64,000 bases of DNA from an uncultured Acidobacteriota bacterium. Lineage in GTDB: Bacteria; Acidobacteriota; UBA6911; RPQK01; JAPXNP01. The stretch lies in the NCBI GenBank assembly GCA_963777605.1, contig CAVZRV010000007.1, positions 896,001-960,000 on the forward strand. Reading direction: 5' to 3'. Both the position numbers and the translations under genes were made by a program. The notes under the pieces are model-generated. The model was not told the DNA's origin and did not search any database. It was given only the letters and a program-made list of their open reading frames with translations. Positions 10,394 to 19,530 of the stretch are shown in pieces (the stretch's first letter is position 1; every line of letters begins with the position of its first letter).

Positions 10394-11559
10394 CGACGGC
10401 GGTCTCGCCTGGATTCCACGTCATTACCGGCAATCATGCTGTCTCCCACGGAGCCCGACTGGCCCGGGTCGAGGTGATCGCTGCCTATCCCATAACTCCA
10501 CAGACCCAGGTTTCCGAGCTGCTCAGCCAGTTCTGCGAGGACGGATCCCTGCCGGCCCGGTTCATCAAGGTCGAATCAGAACACTCGGCAATGGCCGCGC
10601 TGGTCGGTGCTTCAAGCGCCGGCGCCCGTGCTTTCACGGCCACGTCGGCCCAAGGCCTCGCACTGATGCACGAAATGTTGCACTGGGCCGCGGGCGCGCG
10701 CCTCCCCATCGTGCTGGCCAATATCAACCGGGCGCTGGGTGCTCCCTGGTCGGTTTGGACCGATCAGAACGACAGCCTCTCTCAGCGAGACACGGGCTGG
10801 CTCCAGATCTACTGCGAAAACAACCAGGAGGTCCTTGACACCGTCCTTCAAGCCTACCGAATTGCCGAGACGGTCCGACTTCCCGTGATGTTCGTGCTCG
10901 ACGCGTTCTTTCTTTCCCACACCGCTGAGGCGGTCGAGATCCCGGAGCAGGAGATGGTCGATTCGTACCTGGGTTCGGTGCGCCCCCAAGGCAGACTCGA
11001 TATCGAGGACCCCCGTGCCCTCAACGGCCTGGCCACTCCCGATCGGTACATGGAATACCGTTTCCGGATGCAGCAGGCCATGGACCGGGCCCTGACCGTG
11101 GCGAAGGACGCGGACGAGGCCTTTCACGAGCTATTTGGTCGGCGGTATGGCCTGGTAGATCCCTATCGGTGCAGCGACGATACCGATCTCCTGCTGGTTA
11201 CCTCGGGCACGGTGTCGAGCACGGCAAAGGACGTCGTCGACGAACTGCAGGAGGAGGGTCACAAAGTCGGCCTGCTCAAGATTCGGCTCTTTCGCCCCTT
11301 CCCCGTCGAGCAGGTGAGGAACTGGGCCGCCCGTGCACGTCGAATCGCGGTGATTGATCGAAATATCGGCTTTGGAGTCGGGGGTATCTTCGCGCAGGAA
11401 GTGCGTGCCGCTCTCCACAACCACGTGCCCGTTCCCGTCTACGGGTTCATCGCCGGCTTGGGTGGCCGGGATATCACGCCGAATACCATTCGGGAGATCG
11501 TGCAACAAGCCCAGGAAGGTCCTGCGGCTGAGAGCACATGGATAGGGGTCAAGGAATGA
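10390..11559 (+). CDS. porA: Pyruvate/2-oxoacid:ferredoxin oxidoreductase alpha subunit
   Basis: AAYPITPQT, ESEHSAM, TATSAQGL, GLGGRDI motifs; GTG start overlapping upstream stop. Confidence 0.9.
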   Translation: MTTAVSPGFHVITGNHAVSHGARLARVEVIAAYPITPQTQVSELLSQFCEDGSLPARFIKVESEHSAMAALVGASSAGARAFTATSAQGLALMHEMLHWAAGARLPIVLANINRALGAPWSVWTDQNDSLSQRDTGWLQIYCENNQEVLDTVLQAYRIAETVRLPVMFVLDAFFLSHTAEAVEIPEQEMVDSYLGSVRPQGRLDIEDPRALNGLATPDRYMEYRFRMQQAMDRALTVAKDADEAFHELFGRRYGLVDPYRCSDDTDLLLVTSGTVSSTAKDVVDELQEEGHKVGLLKIRLFRPFPVEQVRNWAARARRIAVIDRNIGFGVGGIFAQEVRAALHNHVPVPVYGFIAGLGGRDITPNTIREIVQQAQEGPAAESTWIGVKE

Positions 11560-12081
11560 GCCAGACTGCTCTTTCGAGCATTCCCGAGACGGAGTGGATT
11601 ACACCGGGTCACCTCGGCTGCCAGGGCTGTGGAGCGGCGCTGGCGATGCGGTTCGTCTTGAAGGCACTAGGAGAGAAAACCATCATCGTTCTGCCCGCCT
11701 GTTGCTGGTCGATCATTGCCGGCCCATTTCCGTACTCCTCCGTCAAAGTGCCTTTGATTCATACCGCATTCGAGACCGCGGCTCCTGTGGCCTGCGGTAT
11801 CCGCGCTGCGCTCGATTTCCAAGGGGACCACGAGACGACGGTGCTGGCCTGGGCGGGGGACGGCGCCACTTTCGACATCGGCCTTCAGGCTCTTTCCGCT
11901 CTATGAAGTGGAGAACGGCCGGAATTACACCATCATGGAGGTAGCCGATCCGCTACCCGTCTTGGACTATTTGAGGCCACAGGGCCGCTTCAGCAAGCTG
12001 TCACCGGAAGAAGTTGCCCAGGTCCAGGATCAGGTCGATGATCACTGGAACCGGTTGTGTCAACTGGCCTCGCTGGGCTGA
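11556..12081 (+). pseudogene. porB: POR beta subunit with internal deletion and frameshift
   Basis: N-part GHLGCQGCG...AGDGATFDIGLQALS stops at 11906; in another frame the C-terminus FPLYEVENG...DYLRPQGRF follows directly and ends TGA 12081; the middle of the TPP domain is missing. Confidence 0.85.
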
Positions 12082-12171
12082 GTTGTGAGGTTCGCTTTCG
12101 ACTTCGTTTGTCTTGAGAACAGTCCCGCTTTTGCTTTGTTAGAATCTATTTGGTCGCGACGAGTTTGATGA

Positions 12172-12840
12172 ATGGCGAAAGGTAAAATGAGTTCGGAACC
12201 GGTTCGACTCATGGTAGCTGACGATCATCGAATACTCCTGGATTTGCTCCAGGCAACACTGGGCAACGCTCCGGGAATTCAGATCGTCGGTAAGGCCAGT
12301 GACGGACGAGAGGCCGTTCAGGTTGCCCGGGAATGCCGGCCCGACCTGATCTTGATCGACGTAGACATGCCTGGGATGACCGGCATCGAAGCGACTCGTC
12401 AGATTCTCGACGACAATCCCGAGATTCGAGTGATCGCCCTTTCGGTCCACCAGGACTGGACCACGATATCCGCCATGTTCCAGGCGGGTGCTTATGGCTA
12501 CATCCCAAAAGACTGCGGCTTCCAGGAGCTGCTTACTGCGATTCGCGCGGTAATGAATGGTCAGGTCTATATCAGCCCGGCCGTAGGCTCGGCAGTCATT
12601 TCAGGCGGCACCGATTTGGAGCGGGCGTCTCCCCTCGCGAAGCTCACCGAACGGGAAAAGGAAGTTTTCCGCCTGCTGGCGGCTGGACTCAGTACCAAGG
12701 AAGTCGCCTTCGAGCTGAACCTCAGTATCCACACCGCGCACACCCACCGGCGCAACGTTCTCCGCAAACTGAACCTCAATAATGTCGCTCAACTGATCCG
12801 GCTGTCCATTCAGATTGGCGCGGCTCGTATCGACGATTGA
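12172..12840 (+). CDS. NarL/LuxR-family response regulator (orphan; alternative start 12187)
   Basis: ADDH, DVDMPGMTG receiver motifs; LTEREKEV...HRRNVLRKL HTH. Confidence 0.92.
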   Translation: MAKGKMSSEPVRLMVADDHRILLDLLQATLGNAPGIQIVGKASDGREAVQVARECRPDLILIDVDMPGMTGIEATRQILDDNPEIRVIALSVHQDWTTISAMFQAGAYGYIPKDCGFQELLTAIRAVMNGQVYISPAVGSAVISGGTDLERASPLAKLTEREKEVFRLLAAGLSTKEVAFELNLSIHTAHTHRRNVLRKLNLNNVAQLIRLSIQIGAARIDD

Positions 12841-12865
12841 TCCGCCTGACTCTTGTCTTCGTTCT

Positions 12866-12885
12866 TTTGGGGGATCGCCCCCAAA
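12866..12885. terminator. Hairpin TTTGGGGG-ATCG-CCCCCAAA after response regulator
   Basis: Perfect 8-bp inverted repeat about 25 nt after the stop. Confidence 0.5.
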
Positions 12886-13447
12886 CGCCAGCTTTGTGAC
12901 TGAACCGGCTCAGGCTTAAGTCCAGGGCTTTGCTGCCGCTTGATTCCGGCCCCTTGCGCCAATCTCACAATTTTCGTGAGGCGCCCCGCGAAATTTCACC
13001 TTCCTGGTTCCTGATCCTGTCATGCAAAGAATTGCCACAGCAACCGATTGATAGAACATGTGGCCGGAACAAGGAAGCAAATTGGCCGTTCTATCCCGGA
13101 ACGATTTCGCCTCACTGAAAGAAACCCTTCACCAAACCCGAAAGCTTCCTCTCCGGCCACTCCGCTATCACCTCGGACACCTCCTTGAGGTTCTTACCCA
13201 GGGAGCTGGAAGTGCCGGGATGTTGTCAAGACTTCAAGCTCTCCTCAGCAGTTCACCAAATCTTTCGCCCGTTCCCATTTTCAACTTCGTGATCCAGCAC
13301 CACCCCCCGACCCCGTACACGACTGCATCCCGCACTTCCATGTCCGGTCAAGACTTGGCAGACCGGCCGCTCTTTGGTTGAGGGCGCCCTGAGTTGCCGC
13401 GCCGCCATCAGCGGCCCGGCTTAAGAAGCCGAAGGAAAATCGCCCTC

Positions 13448-13482
13448 AAAAAAAAGAGGCCCCCTAGACGGGAGCCTCTTCT
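13448..13482 (-). terminator. Rho-independent terminator of substrate-binding protein gene
   Basis: Minus strand AAGAGGCTCC-CGTCTAG-GGGGCCTCTT followed by T run. Confidence 0.8.
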
Positions 13483-13509
13483 GAAGACACGATGATTGCG
13501 GATTGCGTC

Positions 13510-14676
13510 TTAACCTTTTCGAACCACGACGCCTCCGCTGCTCAGTCGAATAGTGATGGGAACGTTGTCCTTATCGGCGGGTACGATGCTGACCGAAGCG
13601 GAGAAGTTGAACCGCGGTTGAGACAGGGTATAGTTCCCAGGCGGCACGCTTGCTCTTGCCCTACCGACCCGTCCCGCAAAAGTAATCGGCGTAGTCTGAA
13701 TCGTCGCGCCGGTTTCCTGGTTCCGGAACACGAAGGTCAGGTTGGCCAGCTTGTACTGATCAAAATTAAAGTCGGCATCCTTGGAAACTGTAATCGTCAC
13801 ACTCCGAGGAGTCGAGGCCTGTTTCTCTTCTTCAAGTCTGTTGGCACGCCGTTCGTTGATTTCCTGGAGATACCGAATCGCTCCATGCTCTTCCAGCATC
13901 GTCTCGTAGGTATTCTCCTGTTTCATGGTGGAGAGGATCCCATTCACCAGAGTTTGAAGCGGCTTGTCACCCTTCTTTACTGCGACTGCGATATCGATCG
14001 AAGCAATGTCCCCGGGAACGATTTCCATGTACCCGGCACCGGGTGTCGTCGCCAGCGAATATGCAGCCATGTACTGGTCATCGATGACTCCATCGACCTC
14101 ACTGCGGCGCAGGGCCAGGATCGCATCATCCAACGTCTTGTACGGCTCGACCTTGGCGTTCTTGTACTGGCCACGGATCACCTCTTCGACCGCGGTCCCT
14201 TCACGAATGCCGATTTTGGAACTGTCGATCTCCGAGATCTGCACGTCTGTTTGCACCGGGTTAACGACCAAAACCAACCTCGAGGTGTAATAAGTGTCCG
14301 AGAAATCGACTTCCTTCTTCCGCGCTTCAGTGACTCCGAAAACACCCAGGATGAAGTCGATTTCATGGTTTTCGAGAGCGGCGATCAACCCCGGGTAGGA
14401 CCGATTGATCCACATCAGTTTGACGGGGCTTCCACCCTCGGTGTCCCGGGTTTCATCGACCTTCTGGACGATCCGTTTCCCGATTTCGGCATCGGGGCCC
14501 ACCAGTTCCCCTTCTTTCTGGTAAAGCAGTGGTGGTTCGAACGGAACGGTCCCGATATAGGCGATTCGATCCCGCTGCATTTTCGCGATCGTCCCGGTTG
14601 AGTCAGAGCAGGAAACGCTTGCCAGCAACGACCCAACCGCAAACAATCCCAAGACAATAGAGGCTTTTCTCAACAT
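13510..14676 (-). CDS. Family-3 (amino-acid type) solute-binding protein with extra C-terminal domain
   Basis: Signal/lipoprotein-like N-terminus; FEPP, GPDAEI, TEARKKEVDFSDTYY motifs; about 110 aa beta-rich C-terminal extension. Confidence 0.8.
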   Translation of the reverse strand: MLRKASIVLGLFAVGSLLASVSCSDSTGTIAKMQRDRIAYIGTVPFEPPLLYQKEGELVGPDAEIGKRIVQKVDETRDTEGGSPVKLMWINRSYPGLIAALENHEIDFILGVFGVTEARKKEVDFSDTYYTSRLVLVVNPVQTDVQISEIDSSKIGIREGTAVEEVIRGQYKNAKVEPYKTLDDAILALRRSEVDGVIDDQYMAAYSLATTPGAGYMEIVPGDIASIDIAVAVKKGDKPLQTLVNGILSTMKQENTYETMLEEHGAIRYLQEINERRANRLEEEKQASTPRSVTITVSKDADFNFDQYKLANLTFVFRNQETGATIQTTPITFAGRVGRARASVPPGNYTLSQPRFNFSASVSIVPADKDNVPITIRLSSGGVVVRKG

Positions 14677-14807
14677 TGCTTGTCCCCAATCTCGAGCAAA
14701 ATACCGACAAACTATAAAGTTCAGCGCCCGCGAATGCAAATCTAGTGTCCACCACAAGATCTACTTCCCGTGAAAATCAATCAAATTGGGTCGGATTCCA
14801 CCCGAGT

Positions 14808-15440
14808 TCAAGAGTAGAAAGGATTCTCGCCGGAACTGTGATCCGTCGTGTCAAGAACCTCCTCGACCTCCGGAATAAGCTCCCTGATTCTTGCCTCTAC
14901 TCCCTGCTTCAGTGTGACGTCAACCATTCCACAGCCGTGACATCCTCCTCCGAAGGACAGGTAGACCTTATTATCCTTGACACCGGCAAGAGAGATCCTT
15001 CCGCCGTGCGCTGCAACGGCAGGATTCAGTTCCAGATCGAGCAATTGCTGGACTCTCTCTTCCACCGTCCCGTTCAGATCTCCTCGGGGCCCATTGCCTA
15101 CGCTCGGCACTTCCGGCTTGTTCGGATTGTCGAACTTGAACCCGCTACGAACCACACGATCTTCAAAGTCGACCGTCGCACCATTGAGATTGCCGGCACT
15201 CTGTTCGTCGATCAGCAGGGTTAAACCACCCGCGTCGTAACGAAAATCATTGTCGGTCTGCTCGGCGTCTGCGACAAGCCGCATGGCATAACTGAACTGC
15301 GCTGTGCCGTTGGTACGGGCTTCCAGCCGAAGTGCGTTCTTGTCTGACTGCTTTCCGAGCGCCTCCAGGATCTTCTCTTTTGCGACGTCGGTTACGTTGA
15401 TGATGAAACTCTCTCGAGCGTTGTTCGCTAGACTGCTCAT
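14808..15440 (-). CDS. nfuA: Fe-S biogenesis protein NfuA-like (degenerate A-type carrier plus NifU domain)
   Basis: GFKFDNPN A-type domain without Cys; NPAVAAHGG...GGGCHGC...TLKQGVE; DTTDHSSGENPFY. Confidence 0.88.
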   Translation of the reverse strand: MSSLANNARESFIINVTDVAKEKILEALGKQSDKNALRLEARTNGTAQFSYAMRLVADAEQTDNDFRYDAGGLTLLIDEQSAGNLNGATVDFEDRVVRSGFKFDNPNKPEVPSVGNGPRGDLNGTVEERVQQLLDLELNPAVAAHGGRISLAGVKDNKVYLSFGGGCHGCGMVDVTLKQGVEARIRELIPEVEEVLDTTDHSSGENPFYS

Positions 15441-15507
15441 ATTGGAAGTTTAGCAAGTGCGGTCATTTCCTGTAAATAAAGGGTGACAACCGAGACTAGG
15501 AGGCGAG

Positions 15508-15930
15508 ATGAGCAAGATTGTTGCACGTTCCACTAGTAGCCCCTTCACGACCCAACTGTCAACGCGATCTCATACCTGGATTGCCGACGAACCGGATGAA
15601 AGTGGGGGACAGGATATTGGCCCCACCCCTTACGAGCAGTTCCTCGGATCACTTGCCGCTTGCGCCGTTATCACGGCCCAGATGTATGCGAACCGGAAGG
15701 AGTGGCCCCTTGAATCGATCTCGGTGGAAGCCGAACGCCGACTGATCGACGCGCAGGACTGTCCGGACTGCTCCACCCGGAAAGGCAAAGTCTTGGAGGT
15801 GGCGTTCAAAGTACAGATCACCGGACCGCTCACGGAAGAACAGCGGTCGAGAATCTACGACATCGTCGGCCGCTGCCCGGTAAAGCGGGCCGTCGAAGGA
15901 GAGGTCAAGTTCCGCTCGGAGCTTGATTAG
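15508..15930 (+). CDS. OsmC family protein
   Basis: ADEP..GG.D.GPTPYE, LAAC, RCPV; AGGAGG RBS. Confidence 0.88.
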   Translation: MSKIVARSTSSPFTTQLSTRSHTWIADEPDESGGQDIGPTPYEQFLGSLAACAVITAQMYANRKEWPLESISVEAERRLIDAQDCPDCSTRKGKVLEVAFKVQITGPLTEEQRSRIYDIVGRCPVKRAVEGEVKFRSELD

Positions 15931-15964
15931 TGACCTGTCACGCATCATATGGCACTTTCAGCGA

Positions 15965-16122
15965 GCGCAGGATCTGCACCTGGTTTGGGGCTGCCTGCAG
16001 ATTTTGCGCTCGAACTCGCTTCCCCGTCCTCCCCAGTTTGCTTCTCGTCTCCTGTAAAGCCCCGACATTCAATCACTTATAGAAACGTCGCCTCGGATTG
16101 GCCGGGTTGGTCTGCAGCGTGC
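15965..16122 (+). promoter_or_regulatory. Putative sigma54 promoter with paired enhancer sites and IHF site
   Basis: GCGCAGGATCTGCA (15965-15978) and inverted copy TGCAGATTTTGCGC (15996-16009); ATTCAATCACTTA (16067-16079) near IHF consensus; TTGG-N10-GC at 16107-16122. Confidence 0.6.
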
Positions 16123-16187
16123 GTTATGTATCTGCGTTCACAGACACACGATGACAAACAGATAGAGACGAGAAAAGGAGACAATCA

Positions 16188-16592
16188 ATGAATAGCAAAC
16201 TCGGCAAACTGACCCTTTCGGTTGCATTCGCGGCGCTCCTGATGGCCGCTCCTGCATTCGCTCAGGTCCCCACAACCCCGACCAAGGCAAGCTCCGGTCA
16301 ACAGCGCGGCAAGGCCGCTCAGCATCAGAATCGGGACCAGAACAATGACGGCGTCTGCGACACCTGTGGACGGCCCGTCGGCAGCGGGCAACAGAATGCG
16401 AAAGGCCAGAAGGCCAAGAAAGGCTCCCACTACGGCCCGGGCGACGGCACCGGGAACCAGGGTAATGGTCCGAAAGACGGGACCGGCTACGGCCGCAAAG
16501 CAGGAAACGGCGACCCCAACTCTTGTCCTAACGGCCAGGCGGGTCGAGGCAATCGCGGCGGGCGGGGCGGCAACCGCGGTGGACGAAATTGA
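16188..16592 (+). CDS. Small secreted Gly/Gln-rich protein with DxNxDGVCDxC and DGTG motifs
   Basis: AAGGAG RBS, signal peptide ending AFA, DQNNDGVCDTC, GPGDGTG/GPKDGTG. Confidence 0.8.
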   Translation: MNSKLGKLTLSVAFAALLMAAPAFAQVPTTPTKASSGQQRGKAAQHQNRDQNNDGVCDTCGRPVGSGQQNAKGQKAKKGSHYGPGDGTGNQGNGPKDGTGYGRKAGNGDPNSCPNGQAGRGNRGGRGGNRGGRN

Positions 16593-16668
16593 CGACGATC
16601 CACAAGCAAACGACTGAACGGTGAGCAATTTTCCTACGTTTGGTCACCTTCCCTCCTCCTCCTAAATG

Positions 16669-16699
16669 GAAGGGCCGGCGGCAACGTCGGCCCTTCTTC
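16669..16699 (+). terminator. Rho-independent terminator
   Basis: GAAGGGCCGGCG-GCAA-CGTCGGCCCTTC hairpin then TT. Confidence 0.7.
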
Positions 16700-16759
16700 G
16701 GCTGTTAACCCGTTTTCCTTCTCGCACCCAGGATCCCGGCTGTGCTAGTTTCGTCAGCA

Positions 16760-17747
16760 ATGGACGAGATTGACTGGAAGGCCAGAACCGAGGCAGCCGC
16801 AGATTTTCTGAGAGCGCGGATTCGCGAGACCACCCTGGAATACTCTCCGCGCGTTGACCAGGCTTCTTTCAATCCCTGTCTACCTCAAGCTCGAATGCCT
16901 TCAAATCACGGGTTCGTTCAAGCTCAGAGGGGCGCTATGGAAGATGGCGTCGATTCCAGATGAGGAACGTTCCGGCGGGGTCGTAACCTGTTCGGCGGGC
17001 AACCATGGTTGGGCAGTGGCCTATGCCGGCCGGGAAATGTCGGTCCCGGTTACTGTCTACCTCCCGGCATCGGTCGACCCTTCCAAGATGGCCGGTATCG
17101 AGTCAATGGGAGCCCGAACGGTCGTAACCAGGTTCCCGGGTTTCGACGACACCGAGGAATTCGCACTCGCCGAAGCCGCCCGCCTGGAACTTCCCTACAT
17201 CTCCGCCTTTGATGACTTCGATGTCATGGCCGCCAACGGGGGCACCCTGGCCAGGGAGATCCTCTCCCAGTTGCCCTCCGCCCGCAGCTTCGCAGTGCCT
17301 GTGGGGGGAGGGGGGCTTTCGGCAGGATTGTCTGCGTATCTTGCAGCCACGGGCCGGGCGTTCGAACTCTACGGGTGCCAACTTGAGGCTTCCCCCGCCC
17401 TTAGACTCTCGCTGGAGAGGGGTGCGGCCGTGACCCGGCTTCCAGCCGTCGAGACCCTGGCCGGTGGTTTGGAGGGTGGCATCGGAAGAAACAGCTTTTC
17501 GGTGCTTCGTGAACACATCTCGGGAGCGGTGCTCTTAAGGGAAGACGAACTTTGGCGGGCTGTCTCCTGGCTGATCGCTAATCATCACTACCTCGCCGAG
17601 GTGTCGGCTGTTGCCGGCCTGGCTGCCTGCCTCTCCGGGGAGCTGACTCTCAGTCAGGGGCCTCTGGTAGTTGTGATCACCGGCCGGAACATCTCCACGT
17701 CCCGACTGTTGCAAATCCTGGTAGCCAATCCGACCGCGGCCGACTAG
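16760..17747 (+). CDS. PLP-dependent threonine/serine dehydratase-like protein with +1 frameshift near 16850 (error or pseudogene)
   Basis: MDEIDW...IRETTLEYSP in one frame continues as LTRLL..VYLKLECLQITGSFKLRG, SAGNH, PVGGGGL in the next; length is 3n+1. Confidence 0.8.
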
Positions 17748-17858
17748 AATTTGCTCAGTGGCTGTGTTACGAAGAATTGGGATCTGGAAGCGTAGAAGCC
17801 GGTCTTCGACGCACCCGCTGAGGGTTTGCGCTGGCAAGAACCGAACACGGAGCTGGAA

Positions 17859-18230
17859 ATGCAAGTCGATATTCGACATGTGGACGACGTAATCGTAGTG
17901 GACCTGGCTGGCCGCATGGTCGCAGGCGTAGGCGAGAAGATCCTTCACGACATCATGAATCAGCTGGTCGCTGAAGGCTGGAAACGGATTCTCCTCAACC
18001 TCTCGGGGGTGAGTTGGATTGACAGCGGGGGAATTGGAGAACTGGTCGCAAGTTTGAAAATGGCCAAGCGTTTTGGTGTCACCGTCAAGCTGCTTCGAAT
18101 TGGAGACCGAGTCAAACACATCCTCTCAATCAGCCAAATCCTGCCCATGCTGGACGTCTACGAGAGTGAGGAGGAGGCCGTTGTAGCGCTTCGCGCCGCT
18201 TCCGATTCGGGCGACGACGCGGAGATCTGA
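17859..18230 (+). CDS. STAS-domain anti-sigma factor antagonist
   Basis: LLNLSGVSWIDSGGIGEL phosphorylatable Ser motif. Confidence 0.9.
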   Translation: MQVDIRHVDDVIVVDLAGRMVAGVGEKILHDIMNQLVAEGWKRILLNLSGVSWIDSGGIGELVASLKMAKRFGVTVKLLRIGDRVKHILSISQILPMLDVYESEEEAVVALRAASDSGDDAEI

Positions 18231-18349
18231 TCCCGCCGGGCACCTCCAGTTCAGACCCAGTTCAGAATCGTTGCCAGATCCTCCTTCAGCTGTTAGTATT
18301 TCCCTGCCTTGGCGGGGACAACGGGTTCTATCTATCTCTGGAGGAGGTC

Positions 18350-18661
18350 GTGACCATCACACTGGCACACGCCCTGCTGGGTATCCTTATCTCCGCAGTT
18401 GTCCTGGTCGGCGTTTTCTTCTTTACGGCTCGTTCAGCCAAACCTCTCTATCCGGTGCGTTGCGTGCACTGCTGGATGTACAACCAGAAGGAAACGGTGA
18501 TTACGCTGTCAGAGCAACGTGGCCTGTGGGGAATCTGTCCGGAGTGTGTTGAACTTTACTGGCACTTTGCTGAATCCGAGGGCCCGCAGGCGGGAGCCGG
18601 GTATTCAGCTCAAGTTCCAGGCCGGGATCGGGACCGGCAGGAAGTCGGAATCGTTCACTAA
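18350..18661 (+). CDS. Small membrane protein with CxxC...CxxC motif
   Basis: GGAGGAGG RBS with GTG start; N-terminal TM; CVHC and CPEC. Confidence 0.65.
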   Translation: MTITLAHALLGILISAVVLVGVFFFTARSAKPLYPVRCVHCWMYNQKETVITLSEQRGLWGICPECVELYWHFAESEGPQAGAGYSAQVPGRDRDRQEVGIVH

Positions 18662-18714
18662 CACGTCGATCGGGCCACCGTGCCGATAACCTGATTCCCG
18701 ACTTCAGAACCCGG

Positions 18715-19530
18715 CTAGTCGATCCAGAGACGGACAGAACTGCCGTTGGTCTTCACTTCCAGTATCTCACCCGCTTTCGAGAGCATTTCCAGAATGTTGT
18801 CCGGATTTATCCCCTCGTCCTTGAGTTCCTTCCGGGCGGCTTCAGGGAGTGCGTTCAGTGCTAACCGCGCCAGCGAGACGGGCAACGTGAGGCGGATTTC
18901 CTCTCCGTCTTCGTTCCGGAGGAGCAGGTGAAGATTTCCCCCACGGGCTGAAGTCTGGTCGGATTCTTTCTTCTCGAGCAGGCGGGGGTCGATCCTGAGA
19001 AGTGCAAGTGCGGCCTGATTCTGAACCTCCGAGTCGGAATCCCGCGACATCTTCTCCCTCAAGACCGGAATCGCCTTGCGGCTCACGCTCTTGTCGGTGA
19101 AATAGCTCAACTGGACAGCGGCCAGAAAGCGCAGGTCGGAATCGGCAGAATCGAGTGCCTCCACCACCTGGTTCGCATATTCCTTTTTCCCTGTCATGTA
19201 GAGGTGCGCCGCAATTTTCACCTGCGCAAATCCCGCTTCTTTGCGGAGCGAGGGATCGGTAGACGGAGCCTTTAGAAACTGCGCGTACCTTTGGAGAGCC
19301 TTTTCCGGCCTGCCCGACTTCTCGAGCGCTCTCGCCGCGAAGAAGTAGGAACGGGCCTTCAATTCGTCCGGCGCGTCCGACCGCTGGACTTCGTCGAGTT
19401 TTTCCAGCGCCCGTGACCACTTGCCGTCGAACATGTCGAGCATGGCCTGTTGAAAAAGGTCGGTCGGCGATTGGGCGGCAACGATCGCCGTCACGAATAC
19501 GACAAGCACAATTGCGACCGCGTGTCTCAT
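18715..19530 (-). CDS. Secreted TPR/HEAT-repeat protein of ECF sigma operon
   Basis: Signal peptide, TPR-like and HEAT-like helices; ATGA overlap with anti-sigma stop. Confidence 0.75.
   Translation of the reverse strand: MRHAVAIVLVVFVTAIVAAQSPTDLFQQAMLDMFDGKWSRALEKLDEVQRSDAPDELKARSYFFAARALEKSGRPEKALQRYAQFLKAPSTDPSLRKEAGFAQVKIAAHLYMTGKKEYANQVVEALDSADSDLRFLAAVQLSYFTDKSVSRKAIPVLREKMSRDSDSEVQNQAALALLRIDPRLLEKKESDQTSARGGNLHLLLRNEDGEEIRLTLPVSLARLALNALPEAARKELKDEGINPDNILEMLSKAGEILEVKTNGSSVRLWID

Noticed and set aside
13023-13037. Sigma54 promoter TGGCAATTCTTTGCA on minus strand
   Set aside because: GG to GC spacing is 9 rather than the required 10, and no gene follows in that direction
13058-13381. 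107-aa ORF in the gap after the response regulator
   Set aside because: No RBS, no recognisable motif, atypical composition
13492-14601. Long antisense ORFs (also 4891-5982, 36136-36936, 59001-60056)
   Set aside because: Shadows of real genes on the opposite strand, expected in high-GC coding DNA
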